A DNA stretch of 40,116 nucleotides, from contig NMRA01000602.1 in assembly GCA_002633005.1 (NCBI GenBank), positions 181,680 to 221,795 on the forward strand. The letters run 5' to 3'. This document shows, in pieces, positions 25,441 to 37,565 of this stretch. How positions within the stretch are numbered: the stretch's first letter is position 1; every line of letters begins with the position of its first letter. The notes under the pieces are model-generated. The model had not been told where the DNA came from and did not search any database. It saw only the letters and a list, made by a program, of their open reading frames with translations. This DNA is from Phoronis australis. Its lineage: Eukaryota > Animalia > Phoronida. The position numbers were made by a program, and so were the translations under genes.

Positions 25441-26396
25441 ATCATTTCAACTTACTCGCTACCATAAAATAAACCTATACAGATCATGATGCGGTCTATT
25501 ACTAAACAAAGAGAAATTTAGACATAATTTTAATATTTCGCCTCTGTGTTCCTATGTAGACACCCAGACATATCCTCAAGTTTTCTTTGCTTGTGCAAGG
25601 AGCAGAGGGTACAACTTTTCCAGACACTCGAACAATACCTCAATGTATACAAAAATATTCTGAAATTCCGCAATTATACAAAATTATTTTTTTTCTATAT
25701 CGATGTCAAGAACTCAACCCAAATGAATATAAGGTTTTTATTTGAAATAGTATCAAAATTTCTTTATAACATTAAATCTCTTTGTATGAGTTGATAGAAT
25801 TGTATACTTGTGTATGAAGATGAGTTATTTACATTCGTAACTATATATCATTGTAATCTTAATATCATTTTTTAATTTATGTATTGGTTTATAATAACTG
25901 TATATAGGCTTCTTTGTATTTTTTAACCCACATCTAATGCCTCTTGGCGCTTTCTGGGTTATGTATATCCATTGCATTCTGAAGATTTCGTAATAAACAT
26001 TAAAAAATATGCCAGCAGGATTACCGGTACTTAACTTTTGCGCAAGGGGCAGTCCAGCTTCCCAGGCAAACCGTGGTGTGTTAAGAATTGCATACTAGAA
26101 TTTATTTGTGTTGATGACGTCAGAAAGCCTCTTTATGTTGATTGGGCAAGGAAATTGTAACGGATTTAAACAGGCTGTAATAATCAGTGAAAACGGAAAA
26201 ATAAAATGCAATGACAGTTTGGTGTTAAAAAATACACGTTTATTAGGTGTCAAAAAGGCAAGTTGCAGTTAGAAGCCCGAGTAAGACGCACATTCACAGA
26301 TGTACATGTGGAAGTTAAACAGGATATTTAAAATTTGGTCATGTCGAAAAGTCAAAGGAACCAAAATTTCAGCCACACCTCTTTCTTTGATTCGCT

Positions 26397-26419
26397 CTAG
26401 ACAAGAATCGGAACCTGAC
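26397..26419 (-). CDS. WSC gene B, probable short terminal coding exon, (G)QVPILV-stop
   Basis: gttttactttcAG acceptor; phase 1 gives GT CAG GTT CCG ATT CTT GTC TAG. AATAAA lies on the - strand at 26244-26239. Confidence 0.45.
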
Positions 26420-26539
26420 CTGAAAGTAAAACACATTGTTAAAAAGTAACGCATGCGTGAGGTATCTATTTGGATTTTCTAACATTGCATTTGTGTGTAG
26501 TAAATAAATTTTCCAATTAAAGTGAGTGATCGCGTAAGC

Positions 26540-26620
26540 GGGTGTATGTGCGTGTGCGTGTATGTGCATGTTTGGGCGTGCATGTATGTGCACGTGTACA
26601 TAAATGTATGTGCATGTGTA
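26540..26620. repeat. Degenerate TG/CG/TATG purine-pyrimidine microsatellite
   Basis: gtgtatgtgcgtgtgcgtgtatgtgcatg... Confidence 0.7.
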
Positions 26621-27237
26621 TCACAACGAATAAGCACACGTAAAATTAGTTAAGTCGGAATTTTTTGTGTGAGATATTTGCCTACTGCAACGCATCTTTG
26701 CACTACCTTATAACCCTTAGGCACGGGTTGACATTCATCTCCAATTTCTAGGGTAAAATGAAATACAAGTCCATTGACATCTTTGTATATTCATGGGTTT
26801 ATCCAAAGTCGATCGCTCGTCATTCTATCTGAAAAGGCTGTAAGTCATTAAGCTGCATACTTTATGGAAAATTCCACTTGTCGAGCAGCATAGTTGAAAA
26901 CTGGAAATAATCAAATTGTGGGAATTAAAAAGATTCCTACAAAGCAGGTGTGATGTTTGATTGTTAGTGAACGCACTCATTGCGTCTGATTCTGCAAATA
27001 ATCAGCCAAACATATGCCTACAGTTGGATATGCTAGGTTTCTTCATACGTTCATGATACCTGCATCAGGTCTCAAATCATGTTAGGTAGATATCAATACC
27101 CACGCTCAACGTGTACGACGTACTACACAGCTTTTTAATCGAAAATGTCGCTACTTGGAAACGGCTTTTAGATTTAGATCTCTGGGTTGTGAGATACCAT
27201 ATTAATGTATTGCGTATCTGCTTCATGTGTTACCTAC

Positions 27238-27594
27238 CTTCCAGTCCAGAATCCATGACAAACATACATCTGGCTGACCCGCAAGTCTGTTCGGGATTTC
27301 CTGCACACGCCACGTCACACCTGTAGTCATCAGTCAGCTGGACACCAGTGTTAAATCTAGTTCCACACCAGCACTCGTTCCCATTTTTGACACCTGCTAG
27401 TTTACATCCCAATTCTTTGCACCTTTGCTTGCAACGATCTCTCGTCATGGTGTGGAAGACAAAAGGACCCACTTTTTTGTAAATATATTTACCAAGTATT
27501 GATGTGTCGGAAACTTGGCTAAAAAGTGGTGTGCTTGGTAAAGCAATATCATCAAAGTAGCAACCTTCGGCGATCAAAAGGCCACGATCTCTTT
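27238..27594 (-). CDS. WSC gene B, WSC domain 3 exon (10 Cys, N-terminal insertion)
   Basis: ctttgtattccAG acceptor and AAG|GTAGGT donor; phase 1-1, 357 nt. Reads EGCY...MTRDRCKQRC...AGVKNGNECWCG...RCDVACAGNPEQTCG. Confidence 0.9.
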
Positions 27595-28569
27595 CTGGAA
27601 TACAAAGTGGAACAATTCAGTTAATGCTGACAGTATATGTAAGAAATTACGTGTCTTTCAAACAAAAGTACCCATATTAAACATGGTGTAACTTCTCACA
27701 AGAACATTTTAGTTTGGATTGGCATTTGACACAGTGCCATTTTACACCGATTTCGAATGTAATATCAAATCATGCAGATGGAGGTCTCGAGCAATGCTGA
27801 CCGAGGACAAATGTGCTATTGTATACCATCACCAGGGGTCGTTCTCCCCTGATACAATTGCATGTTTTGATTCGAGATAAGAGTTATCGAGAGTGAATGC
27901 CACTTCGTGTCAGTATGGCCTTTTTATGCTGTCCTTCGACAAAATCTTAGCCTTCCATTTGTGTTACAAAAGTACCACTTGTGTTGGTCTCTTGATGAAT
28001 TCACAAGTTATAAGGTCAAAGGTCATATTTTCTGACTAGCCAAATGGATATAAACGGAAGATTATCATGACTGATTCCACTTCAAATCTGAGGTCGATAG
28101 CACAGTATAAGGCAAGCCAGTGAATCAAACACTTTTCAAAAATTAATCTAAGTGCATTATAAAATGTTTTTGTATATTATAATACCTTTATAACTAATTT
28201 AAAGATTAAGGGTATACATCAACAATCTCTTACTCGGACTTGCTAAAAGTGAAAGTCGCCATTCTTATGTTTATACCAAAGGGTAAAGTTCGCATTTCCA
28301 TTTAAGGAAATTGTGCTGCGCCTTTCTCTTGCCGTACCAAATACAGTGTAATGAGGCGCGCTTTGTTTTGAGGGAGACTTTGCGACGAGCATATTTCCTA
28401 AGTGTTCACTCTAAGTGCATCTGCGGAAATCATTGAACAGGCGTCTGTTAAGATGAGCCCATGTACAGAAAACTCTGAGATACGTTGGTTCACTTTCATT
28501 AAGTTACTTATTGACAGGCACTTACCAAAAGTGAAATTGAAGTATTTTCTAGTGTTATTTAATACCTAC

Positions 28570-28860
28570 CGTCGCGCACTGAATGCATTACAAACATGCC
28601 ATCAGAGTCATTGCCGCAATTTTCCAACGGATTTCCACCACACGGCTCGTTACAGTCTTTTGCTTCCTCCAGTTTTCTTCTAAAGATTTTGTCACTGCAC
28701 CAACACTGATTTCCTTTTAGAGCAGCAGCATATGTTTTGCGAAAGGCCCCACAGATTGATTTACACAGTCTATGACTACCCAAAGTACCCGTATACACGA
28801 GAGTGGCCAATCCTAGAGATGTGTCCACCTTCCAACATTTATTGAGACGTGTTGAATGTT
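28570..28860 (-). CDS. WSC gene B, WSC domain 2 exon
   Basis: tttttgttttgtgcAG acceptor and ACG|GTAGGT donor; phase 1-1, 291 nt. Reads HSTRLNKCW...LCKSIC...YAALKGNQCWCS...DCNEPCGGNPLENCG. Confidence 0.9.
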
Positions 28861-30246
28861 CTGCACAAAACAAAAATACACAAGTCCATTTTTACGGAAT
28901 AAGTAATGTGAGGCAACTACATATTCAGGTTTGCTGCCATGTGAAGTTAAAGTATGCTGTCGATAGGCAAGGACATTGTCGGGTAGTTGCCTCTATGTCC
29001 CAGTATTACATCGGGGCTAGAAAGGGAACTTCCATCATTCATTACCAAAGAATAGGTCTTTTCATAGTGAAAATTCGATTATTCAGAGAAAAACATTATA
29101 GCTTGTTCGAGGAAACTAAAAACTTTGATGCTGTTGTAAAAATTGCCAATTGGTCCCAGAAAGCTGATAGACTCGGGTATCAAGCCTCTTCGCGTACGTA
29201 TGTGTGTATAAATGCGTGTGTGCGTGTGGGTGCGTCGCGTATGTGTTTGCAAGACTTATTGACAAACATAACTGAATGGAAACTAACTGTTTGCCCGATT
29301 ATATGTACTCCACCAGCATATTAAAAAGTTGGTGGCCTAAAACTTTTGACTTCCTCAATACATTTAGACAACTTGGTGCCGAATGAGACGTGCGAGTTAT
29401 TTTGGTTTGCGTGTGATAAGGGTTGTGAATCACCCCTAAATGGCATTCGGGATAAGCTGTTATACGATATGGTAAGGGACAAGGAACCATCCATTGTAAA
29501 TTGATAATCGACAGTGACCGACGGTTCTACCCATCTGCCCAGAAGTTACGATTTTAGCTACACAATCTCTATGTCAGCCTCTACAGACGGGCAGGTGAAC
29601 AATCAGGAACAACATTACATTGTGACGAAAAGGAAGTCTAGGTAAAACCTCTTAAATAAGTTCCAAAACTGGTGTAGTGATGTATTCATTCGCCATTAAC
29701 GGAGCCAAAATCAGTTAAACTGCTCGCTTATTCATTTGAAGTCACACATTAAAAAATCAATTCTAATTTTTAGTCTTATGCATGTAACAATAGGAGCAAT
29801 CATTTTAGAATGAGATTATTGGTTGGCCTTTAAATTGAGAGAACTATTATTTGAAATAAGAGATTGCAAAATAACGAAAATTCAGAAATTACGGCACAGT
29901 TGACAATTATGCGTGGACATTTTTGTGGTATGTAAGCACCAGTTTACTCGTCAAAAGTCCCTTCGCAAAGAAATTTCAAGTTGATGCCAATGCACTGTGG
30001 CATTTCCACAAATACTGACTCCACCAACACGAAAAGGCATTCCCCGAATTTTTTTATCAGACCAATTTTTTAATTATGTCTCCAGTCTCATTCGACACAA
30101 ATCCAAGTATTCTGAAAAGCTTAACCGAATGATTTCTTACTTCAATTTTCATTTTAGTGGTACGCCACTATATGAAATGACCGCCGAACATATCTTTTAG
30201 GAGCCGTTAATTTAAAAAACACTTGAATGACAATCAGGAAACATAC

Positions 30247-30588
30247 CGGTGTAAAAATCAGACCACATAATTAAATTCCTCAGTGGACCTCCACATTTTT
30301 GCCTTTGGTCACCTGTGCAGCGGGCTTGGATACACTCCGAATAGTCTACCTTTCCATATTTGCCGTAGTCGTTACCACACCAACATGTGTCCCCGTTTTG
30401 AAGTGCAGCGTACATGTACCATAATTCCTTGCACGAACTTCGACACGATGCTATTGTCAACATGTTGGAACTAGTTTTCACAACATAGGATAAATCTGGA
30501 GTGTTTTGGGAATCTTTAAAGCATCCAATAGAGACAGGTGATTTTAATATTATACGGGGCCTTTCGTCGTATCGCCCACGAAAGGCGC
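30247..30588 (-). CDS. WSC gene B, WSC domain 1 exon (canonical 8 Cys)
   Basis: ttttattttcAG acceptor and CCG|GTATGT donor; phase 1-1, 342 nt. Reads IGCFKD...LTIASCRSSC...YAALQNGDTCWCGNDYGKYG...SEC...CTGDQRQKCGG. Confidence 0.92.
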
Positions 30589-32004
30589 CTGAAAATAAAA
30601 TGGTTTACCTTTCGAAAAGAATTAAAACATGCGTATCTTAAACAAGAACATTTCGGTTTCTCATTGAACATATCGAACTTTCAAGAATTTTGTCAACACA
30701 TCAAATATTAAGCTATGTCAATTCACAAAAAAATTAAGAAAAGGAATGTATTTGTTGTTACTTTCCAAAATTCCTTGATCAACGTTTTGCCTTTTTACTG
30801 TATACTCACAAAGTGTATGTTTATCTGTTTATTGTCTGACGGAATTTTCGACAAATGGGAGCTTGCTTGCCTCTTTGAATGAAGTTCCTGGATATGATTT
30901 AATTTTGTCGCAATCTCTGTATTTGATATCGAACTCCAACTGAAGTCCCACATCTTCCATTCTGCTTTTATGAAGACTCAACGAAAGTGTCTATTACTCT
31001 GTGTTGAAGTACAATGTGGCTTGCACTTGATGACCCCAACAGTAATGATGATTTCAGTTTGAATCCGAACATCAAATTTCTAAATTTTACTTGAAATTAC
31101 GCGATTTTGTAGCTCCAATCCCGGGGCCAATAATTACACAATCTTCAGCATAAACCATTACATACCACGGCAATGAAAAAGACACATGTTTTTACTTCAA
31201 ACAAAAGTACATATGCTGTCTAAATGATTTCGAGTGCAAACAGTAGAACACGGTCAATTATTATCTATGCATGAGCGATACACATCGCATCACCCATTGA
31301 TTTATATGCAGTTTGCAAGCAAGTCGAAATTCACAGTTCCTCTGATAAGGTCTTTTCATTTAAGTGGATGACGATACTCTTGTGCTGCTCAAGCTATGCA
31401 AATGGTTTCACTTTGAGAATTTTGCGTCTTTTTTCACGACTGGGTCAAAAATAAGTACCATCGAGCTTTTTGATTTTAATTTTAATGGATAGTAATGTTG
31501 TTGATCAAAGGGCAAATTTATTGCGTTAACGACATTACTGCAAGAAATGTAATCAAACCAATCTTTTTGTAAAGTGTGAGTAGGAAAAATCTACATGATC
31601 AAACAGTTTGAATATTTCTTAAATGTTCATGTAAATATAAACAAAGAAACAACAAAGATTTAAAATAATACGCTTCGTAACCTTTGCTATCAAAGATCAA
31701 ATTTCTTAAACGGTTTCAATATAAAGTATTTTTTACTTTTTTGATGATCAAATAGTCTGATCATTTGTACCCCAGGCTGCGACGTTCTCCAGAACAAGAA
31801 CTTCGTTGAAGCTCCAGAATAACACATGCGTCGTATTGTAACAGGTTCTTTGTTGCGCTATGATGGCTAGGCAATCTGCTGACCAACATAAAGAATCGAA
31901 TGCAAAATGAGTATGAAATTTTCATAACAAGATTCTCTAAATGCTTACCCACCCTGACTAAATAATACAGACAAATAGCCTTAAAAGTGACAAGGAGTAC
32001 ATAC

Positions 32005-32043
32005 CGTTAACTGTAAGCAAAGTGGCGATGAAGTGAATTGCTC
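32005..32043 (-). CDS. WSC gene B, signal-peptide-like mini-exon, (G)AIHFIATLLTVN(G)
   Basis: catttttcAG acceptor and ACG|GTATGT donor; 39 nt, phase 1-1, hydrophobic. Splicing gives VNG-AF, a plausible signal cleavage site. The upstream ATG exon was not found. Confidence 0.68.
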
Positions 32044-32604
32044 CTGAAAAATGTGTGTAGTGGTTAAGAAATTGCTATAACATTTTTTGCTTTCAGTTGT
32101 AAAACAAAAATATGTATAATCAGAATGATGATAGGAAGATTTTATGACATAAAAACCTATGTTGCTTACAGTTCAATCCAAAAGTATTCAACAAAATGAA
32201 TCGAAATTCCCCGTCAAGAAGGTTAAGGGAATGCAGAATACACCGCCAGACAGAGCAGTCTTCTTTGTGCCTGCGTATGAAAGGGAACTTAAGTACTGTG
32301 ACAATTTTTTATAAATTCAATTTTGTCACCCTAATAGTATATACCTGTGGTTTTTTTGTTAACAGAACTAGCCGTCAGGAGAGGTAACGGTATTTTTGCT
32401 AACTGCTTAGGTCATGTACCATTTCGCTAGAATGGTTCAGTGTAGGCTAAATCATCACTGATACAGTACCTTATCATTTGAATTTAGATTTTCTCAAATA
32501 AATGATCTTCAAAAACACTTAAATTGAATCCTTAATAAGGTATTGCCCAGACAACCCCTCATTTGCAAATGCATTAATTGGTTTATTCTGTATTTGAATG
32601 TTTA

Positions 32605-32680
32605 TACGTATGTGTGTATGTATGTATGTAAGTATGTGTGTATGAATAAATGTATGAATGTTTGTATGCATGTATGTACA
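32605..32680. repeat. Degenerate (TATG)n microsatellite
   Basis: tatgtgtgtatgtatgtatgtaagtatg... Confidence 0.75.
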
Positions 32681-33828
32681 TATAGTTGTTTAAGGGAAGT
32701 TGTCGGTTTTTCCGCTGAAAAAAACATTTTGATGATTATTGTATAACGGGATATAGACACCGGTAACCTAGAGTCTTGAATACAAGCATAACAAGCAGCT
32801 GATTGTCCTACTACCCAATGTCCGTTAGCAACTGCTCATGTGATTTCATGGAAATGTATCAACTACATGTATCACAAATGTGCGTGTTTTTCTAATCTTA
32901 ACTCTTGTTTGTCTCCGTAAGCACAGTATTAAAAGGGTGGCTCATATCGCCGGCTATTTTGAAGGAGGTCCTACAGTCGTGACCGTTTCGTTTAGACGGA
33001 AGCTAGTGCACGAAGTAGGGCCACACAAATCAACTACAGTGCTTACAGTCACTCTAGACGGCAAAAACGCATTGAATTGTTTATTAATTAAGTTGCAATT
33101 GAAATAAATTGTTATTTGTTTTGCAAATAACTCCGAGGTTGTTTACGTAAAACGCTAAAAAACGCTAAAAACCCAGCATCAATTATCTCTCTGTATTACA
33201 TTGATTTAGCTTTACAAAATAGAGTAATATTGAAACTTTGAAACTGAAAGCGATTTCTTGAAATTCTTATGTTTCCGGTTTTACTGTAGAGCAAAAAAAT
33301 CTGCGACTGCCTTAAAAAGGCAGGAACTACCATTATATGTTTGTAAACAAATTCAGAGGCGTTTATTTACGGTTGGAGACTATTTCATGAAACGTGACTC
33401 AAGACGTAAGACGGCAATCACGTGCCACGGTAACCCACCCCGACACAGAAACATTACTGGGTATATGGGTGCTGCCATGTGTGTCCCGAATATGGTACTG
33501 ATGTTGAAACCCCTAAACACATGATAGAGTCTTGCCTAGGTTAAAAAACACTTCTACAAAAAAATGTATGTCCAAAAATTATGTGCAAGATGAACAAGTC
33601 CTAAGGAACAAAATGTATAATAATGTAAAAGTTTGTAGTCCTAATGACAAACTAGATAAAATTATGAAGTGATGAGAAACAATATTAGTCCTTAAAAAGT
33701 TCGCACTGTTGCTAGATATAATGTTGTTTATGAGTTTACTTGTCCCGCGGTTGAATGTTTTCGTCTTCATCAGCAACAAAGTTACATTGGGCACACAGTG
33801 TGTTCCTTGTCGCGACGACTTTCAATGC

Positions 33829-34125
33829 AAAACTTAAGTTTTTCAGCACAATGTAAGTTTTTCAGAAAACTTAATTTTTTTCAGGTGTAAAACTTAAGTT
33901 TTCACAAATAAACTTAAGTTTCAAGTAATAACTTAAGTTTTCATGAAAACTTAAAGTTTTTGTACTACCATAACTTATGTTTTTCTGATAACTTAAGTTT
34001 ATCACAAAACTTAAGTTTTTGTAATTTCAAAAACTTAAGTTTTCCTGGCTTCTTAAGTTTTTCGCAAACTTCAGTTTTACCACTTATAGAAACTTAAGTT
34101 TTCCTGACTTCTTAAGTTTTTCAGA
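33829..34125 (+). repeat. Second, end-less copy of the AAACTTAAGTTTT array
   Basis: Near-identical run caggtgtaaaacttaagttttcacaaataaacttaagtttcaagtaataacttaagttttcatgaaaactt shared with ~17132-17203. It continues with different spacers and lacks the CCCTTAC TIR. Confidence 0.85.
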
Positions 34126-37100
34126 AAATCGGATTTTTTTTATCTGTGGAAAACTTTTTTTGTAAAAACTCTAAGGTTTCTATGTGATGAAAATTTACGT
34201 TTTCAAGTTTTTAAAATTTGAATATAGTGAGATATTTAATTTTTGGTTGGAATATTTTCCCATTATTTTCCAACAAAAAATTATTGTTTGCTCAGGCAAA
34301 ACCCATCATCTCATAAAAATGTTGCCCCGAATGTTTCCTTAACATTTATATAGATACAAACCATAAACGACGAATGTTTAACCTGGTCAGCACAGATTTA
34401 GTGCAATTACGTAATTACTATCGCACGTCTTTGTGAATTTAAATGTAGACGAACATCCGTGGATCAACAGCAGTAAGAATGCACCCAATGTTACATGTAA
34501 TCCCCTGAGACACTGACCTGGTCAGTACAATGTAATCAATAGAAATCATGCAATTCTTTAAAAAACGTAGTTATTGTACAAGTTTCCTTTGTCTTGAATT
34601 GTATTCGTAAGGCAGTTTCCACCGGAAGTCAGCGATTTGAAGAAAAAGTCGTGTGTTGGCTAGTCAGCGACAATGAAGTTTATTTCTACGGGCAGAGCCA
34701 GCAAGAAGACATTTCAGAAGTTTTGGAAGTCAGGTTAGTGCCAGAGAGCGTTCTAAAATCGATTGTGATTTCCAACGAACTTGTTGAGTTCAGTTGTTAT
34801 TGGCAGCCACTCACGAGCCACGCTGTCACATACCGACATGGACACATTCTGTGTGTGAATTATCTAAACTTCTAACGCGTAATATACTTCTGGAGGTCCA
34901 TCAAAGTAAGCCATAACGTTCACATAGTACTATTACTCTATTATATTTCTGTCTTCTGAGGTTGTGTCAGTGTGATCGATGCAAGGGGGGGGGGGACTAC
35001 CAAGGCAATAGTGTAATCATTTCCCAAGTTGGGTATACTGTCATTGGTTGTGTGTGCTTATGTCTGTGTTTGTAGTGATTCTTGGAAGCTCCTGATTTTG
35101 AAATCTCATATCACTACAGGTCAATAATTTGCAAGGTTTACTTGCCTCATCCACGGACCCATCCTTAAATATGCGGGGTGCTCAAATTTTTGGGCATGTT
35201 GGCCTTTTACTTAAAAACGGGTTATGTTCAGAGCTGTGCACAGTGCATTCCGGAATTACAGCTTTTTGGTGGACTCGTGTCTCGTTTTCTCAATTTTTTT
35301 GTTTCTATGAGGCTGACCTTTCATGCCCACTTCAGCAAGGGGGGTGCTCGTTCGAGCCTCCCTAGGGTGCGCGCATGTGCCTGGTTCACAAATTAAGAAT
35401 CACCAATGTAACTATTGTATTGCCTATTTTGACTGTTTTGCTCAGGTTTGTCTGGAGGATCGAGGTTATTGAAGGCGAAAGGAAATTCCGATCTCACTAT
35501 TAGTACCCTAGTATCTGGAATACCTTCCGGCATAGGTCACAGTGTACCCAAGTGAACTCTCACCAGTCAACATGTTAACTATTGTTATGCACAGTGAAAC
35601 TTGCATAAGTCCTATATAATTGCACCGAATATTTCAATGTAAATAAGGAAAATCTGTGTGATTTGACTTTGGGATTGAGTATGTGCTTTCGAAGTTTTAC
35701 GGGGTTGTGGAATACTAGAATGTCGCAAAAGTTTGTATATTCAGACTTAAAATTTTCACATTCAATGCGAGTTCGACTGGTTTCATTGAAATCAAATATT
35801 TCAGTGTCATGGTGAAAGTGATAGTTTATCTGCGTACAACTTTACCTAGGAGTTGAGTTGAATATGGACTGACTAGAATTATCTCCCCATGTCTGTAGGG
35901 GCATATTCTTTTCCCTATAGAAATTTGCTTGGGACCTCAATTAAATATCTTTGCAAATGTCAGGCAGTAAAGTGATTCGTAGGAGTACAGGATATAGTAT
36001 TTTTATGTTTACTGTTGTACATGNGCGCTCGTTTTTCGAGCGATAACCATTGCGGGGAATGGCAAGATGGCGGAGTGAGTTCTCCTATTTCACATACACA
36101 GTCCTTCGTGCAAAAGACGTGTAGGCAGTATCCACGACGCAAGTGACAAGCTTTTTGTTAACTTACTGTTCGTTAACCCTGTCGCACTATTTCATTGGTA
36201 CCTTTAAGCAAATTTTCATGGTGACCCCTTACTGGATTTGATGAAACGCAGCTGAAATAATAGCTGCCAGAACAATTATTTTTTGATTATCTAAGGAAAG
36301 TTACTGGTTTTGACCCATTTGGCTTTGGTGGTTGTCGTTATTAATTAGTTCAAATGTATTGCATCAGGCAAACTCAGCTTTTATGTTGCTGTGTTGCTAT
36401 TTGTATCAGTGGCGGTGTCGCAGGTGGCCTGGTGCTCTGGGCCTCCTTGAACTTGTGTTACAGGGGCGCGAAATTGCAGTTCGGGTAGGTTGGGGTGACA
36501 AAATCACAAAGATTACTGCTTGACACTGTATAAATAACTTCCATTGTCTTGGTGCAGGCTGTGTATCAAAGTTTTTGTAACGTCCATCTAACACGACGGG
36601 GAGTGTTGTTTAGTACTCGTTTTAGGGAGGATTAACGCATGCGAAACATACACACATCTGTTTATGTTTCCCAACTACAATTTAAATTAACCAACACACC
36701 CGAACATGACAGTCGTTCATGCCTAGTACCTTGTGAATCAGTGTTCGGACCTTGGACAGGTACGAGGTCAAATATCTGAACTTTATCAGAACATGAGTTA
36801 CCTAATTAGGATTCAGGCATATCGTGAAGCACGGGGAAATTTGCCCAACAATTGTGGCAAAATTACGAAAAAACAGGAAAATCATTAAACAGAGACCAAG
36901 CAATGGAAAAGGACATTATCATAAAGTACGACACCTACTCATCGTGGTGAAACTGTTGGTGACCGGGAATGAAACGGGTGCTGGTGAGCTGTGGGAGCAC
37001 ATGTAGTTTGACAAATAATTGTTCAAGCCAGAACATAAGAGCTGATATAAGTATGAAAACATTAGAAAGCAATGGAAATTCAGTAGGTACCAGGCCAAAA

Positions 37101-37565
37101 ATTGTGTCGTCTAGAAGGAATCAAAATATTTCGATCTGCATTATCATTTCTCACAACACATGTCTAGTAATAAGTCTGGCCTAGGTACATTAATCTGAAT
37201 GTGCCCAGAGACAAAGAAATAAAAAACTAGGGTATTTTACGAATAAATTCCCTAGAAGTAGGAATAGCGAAGCAGAAGTAGCTTCAAATACATGTAATCT
37301 ATGCCCATTATTGGAACCAAGCGAAACTCCTCTTACAACACCAGATGCATCAAACTGTAACCTCTTGAGGTCCAGTCTTACAGAGTTAAGAGATCATTAG
37401 AGGTATTTGCACCATCAGATATTGAGGGAACCGCTTTTGTCGTTTAACGTGTGCTTTTAATCAGTATGACAAGTCTACTGATATAAGCTGTAGCACAACA
37501 AAACTAATAATGTATAATCAAAAATAAGACATTAACATAAAACATGTCAAATAAACACAAAAAGC

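Noticed and set aside
28803-29324. 173-aa + strand ORF
   Set aside because: It is antisense to gene B, runs through intron and microsatellite sequence, and has no motifs.
32470-32477. ATGATAAG|GTACTG as the start exon of gene B
   Set aside because: The donor is phase 2. Joining it to 32043 gives a non-hydrophobic frame with a stop.
34594-34875. ORF behind a CCGGAAGT motif with nearby donor sites
   Set aside because: No ATG start and no domain signal, so a gene cannot be supported from sequence alone.
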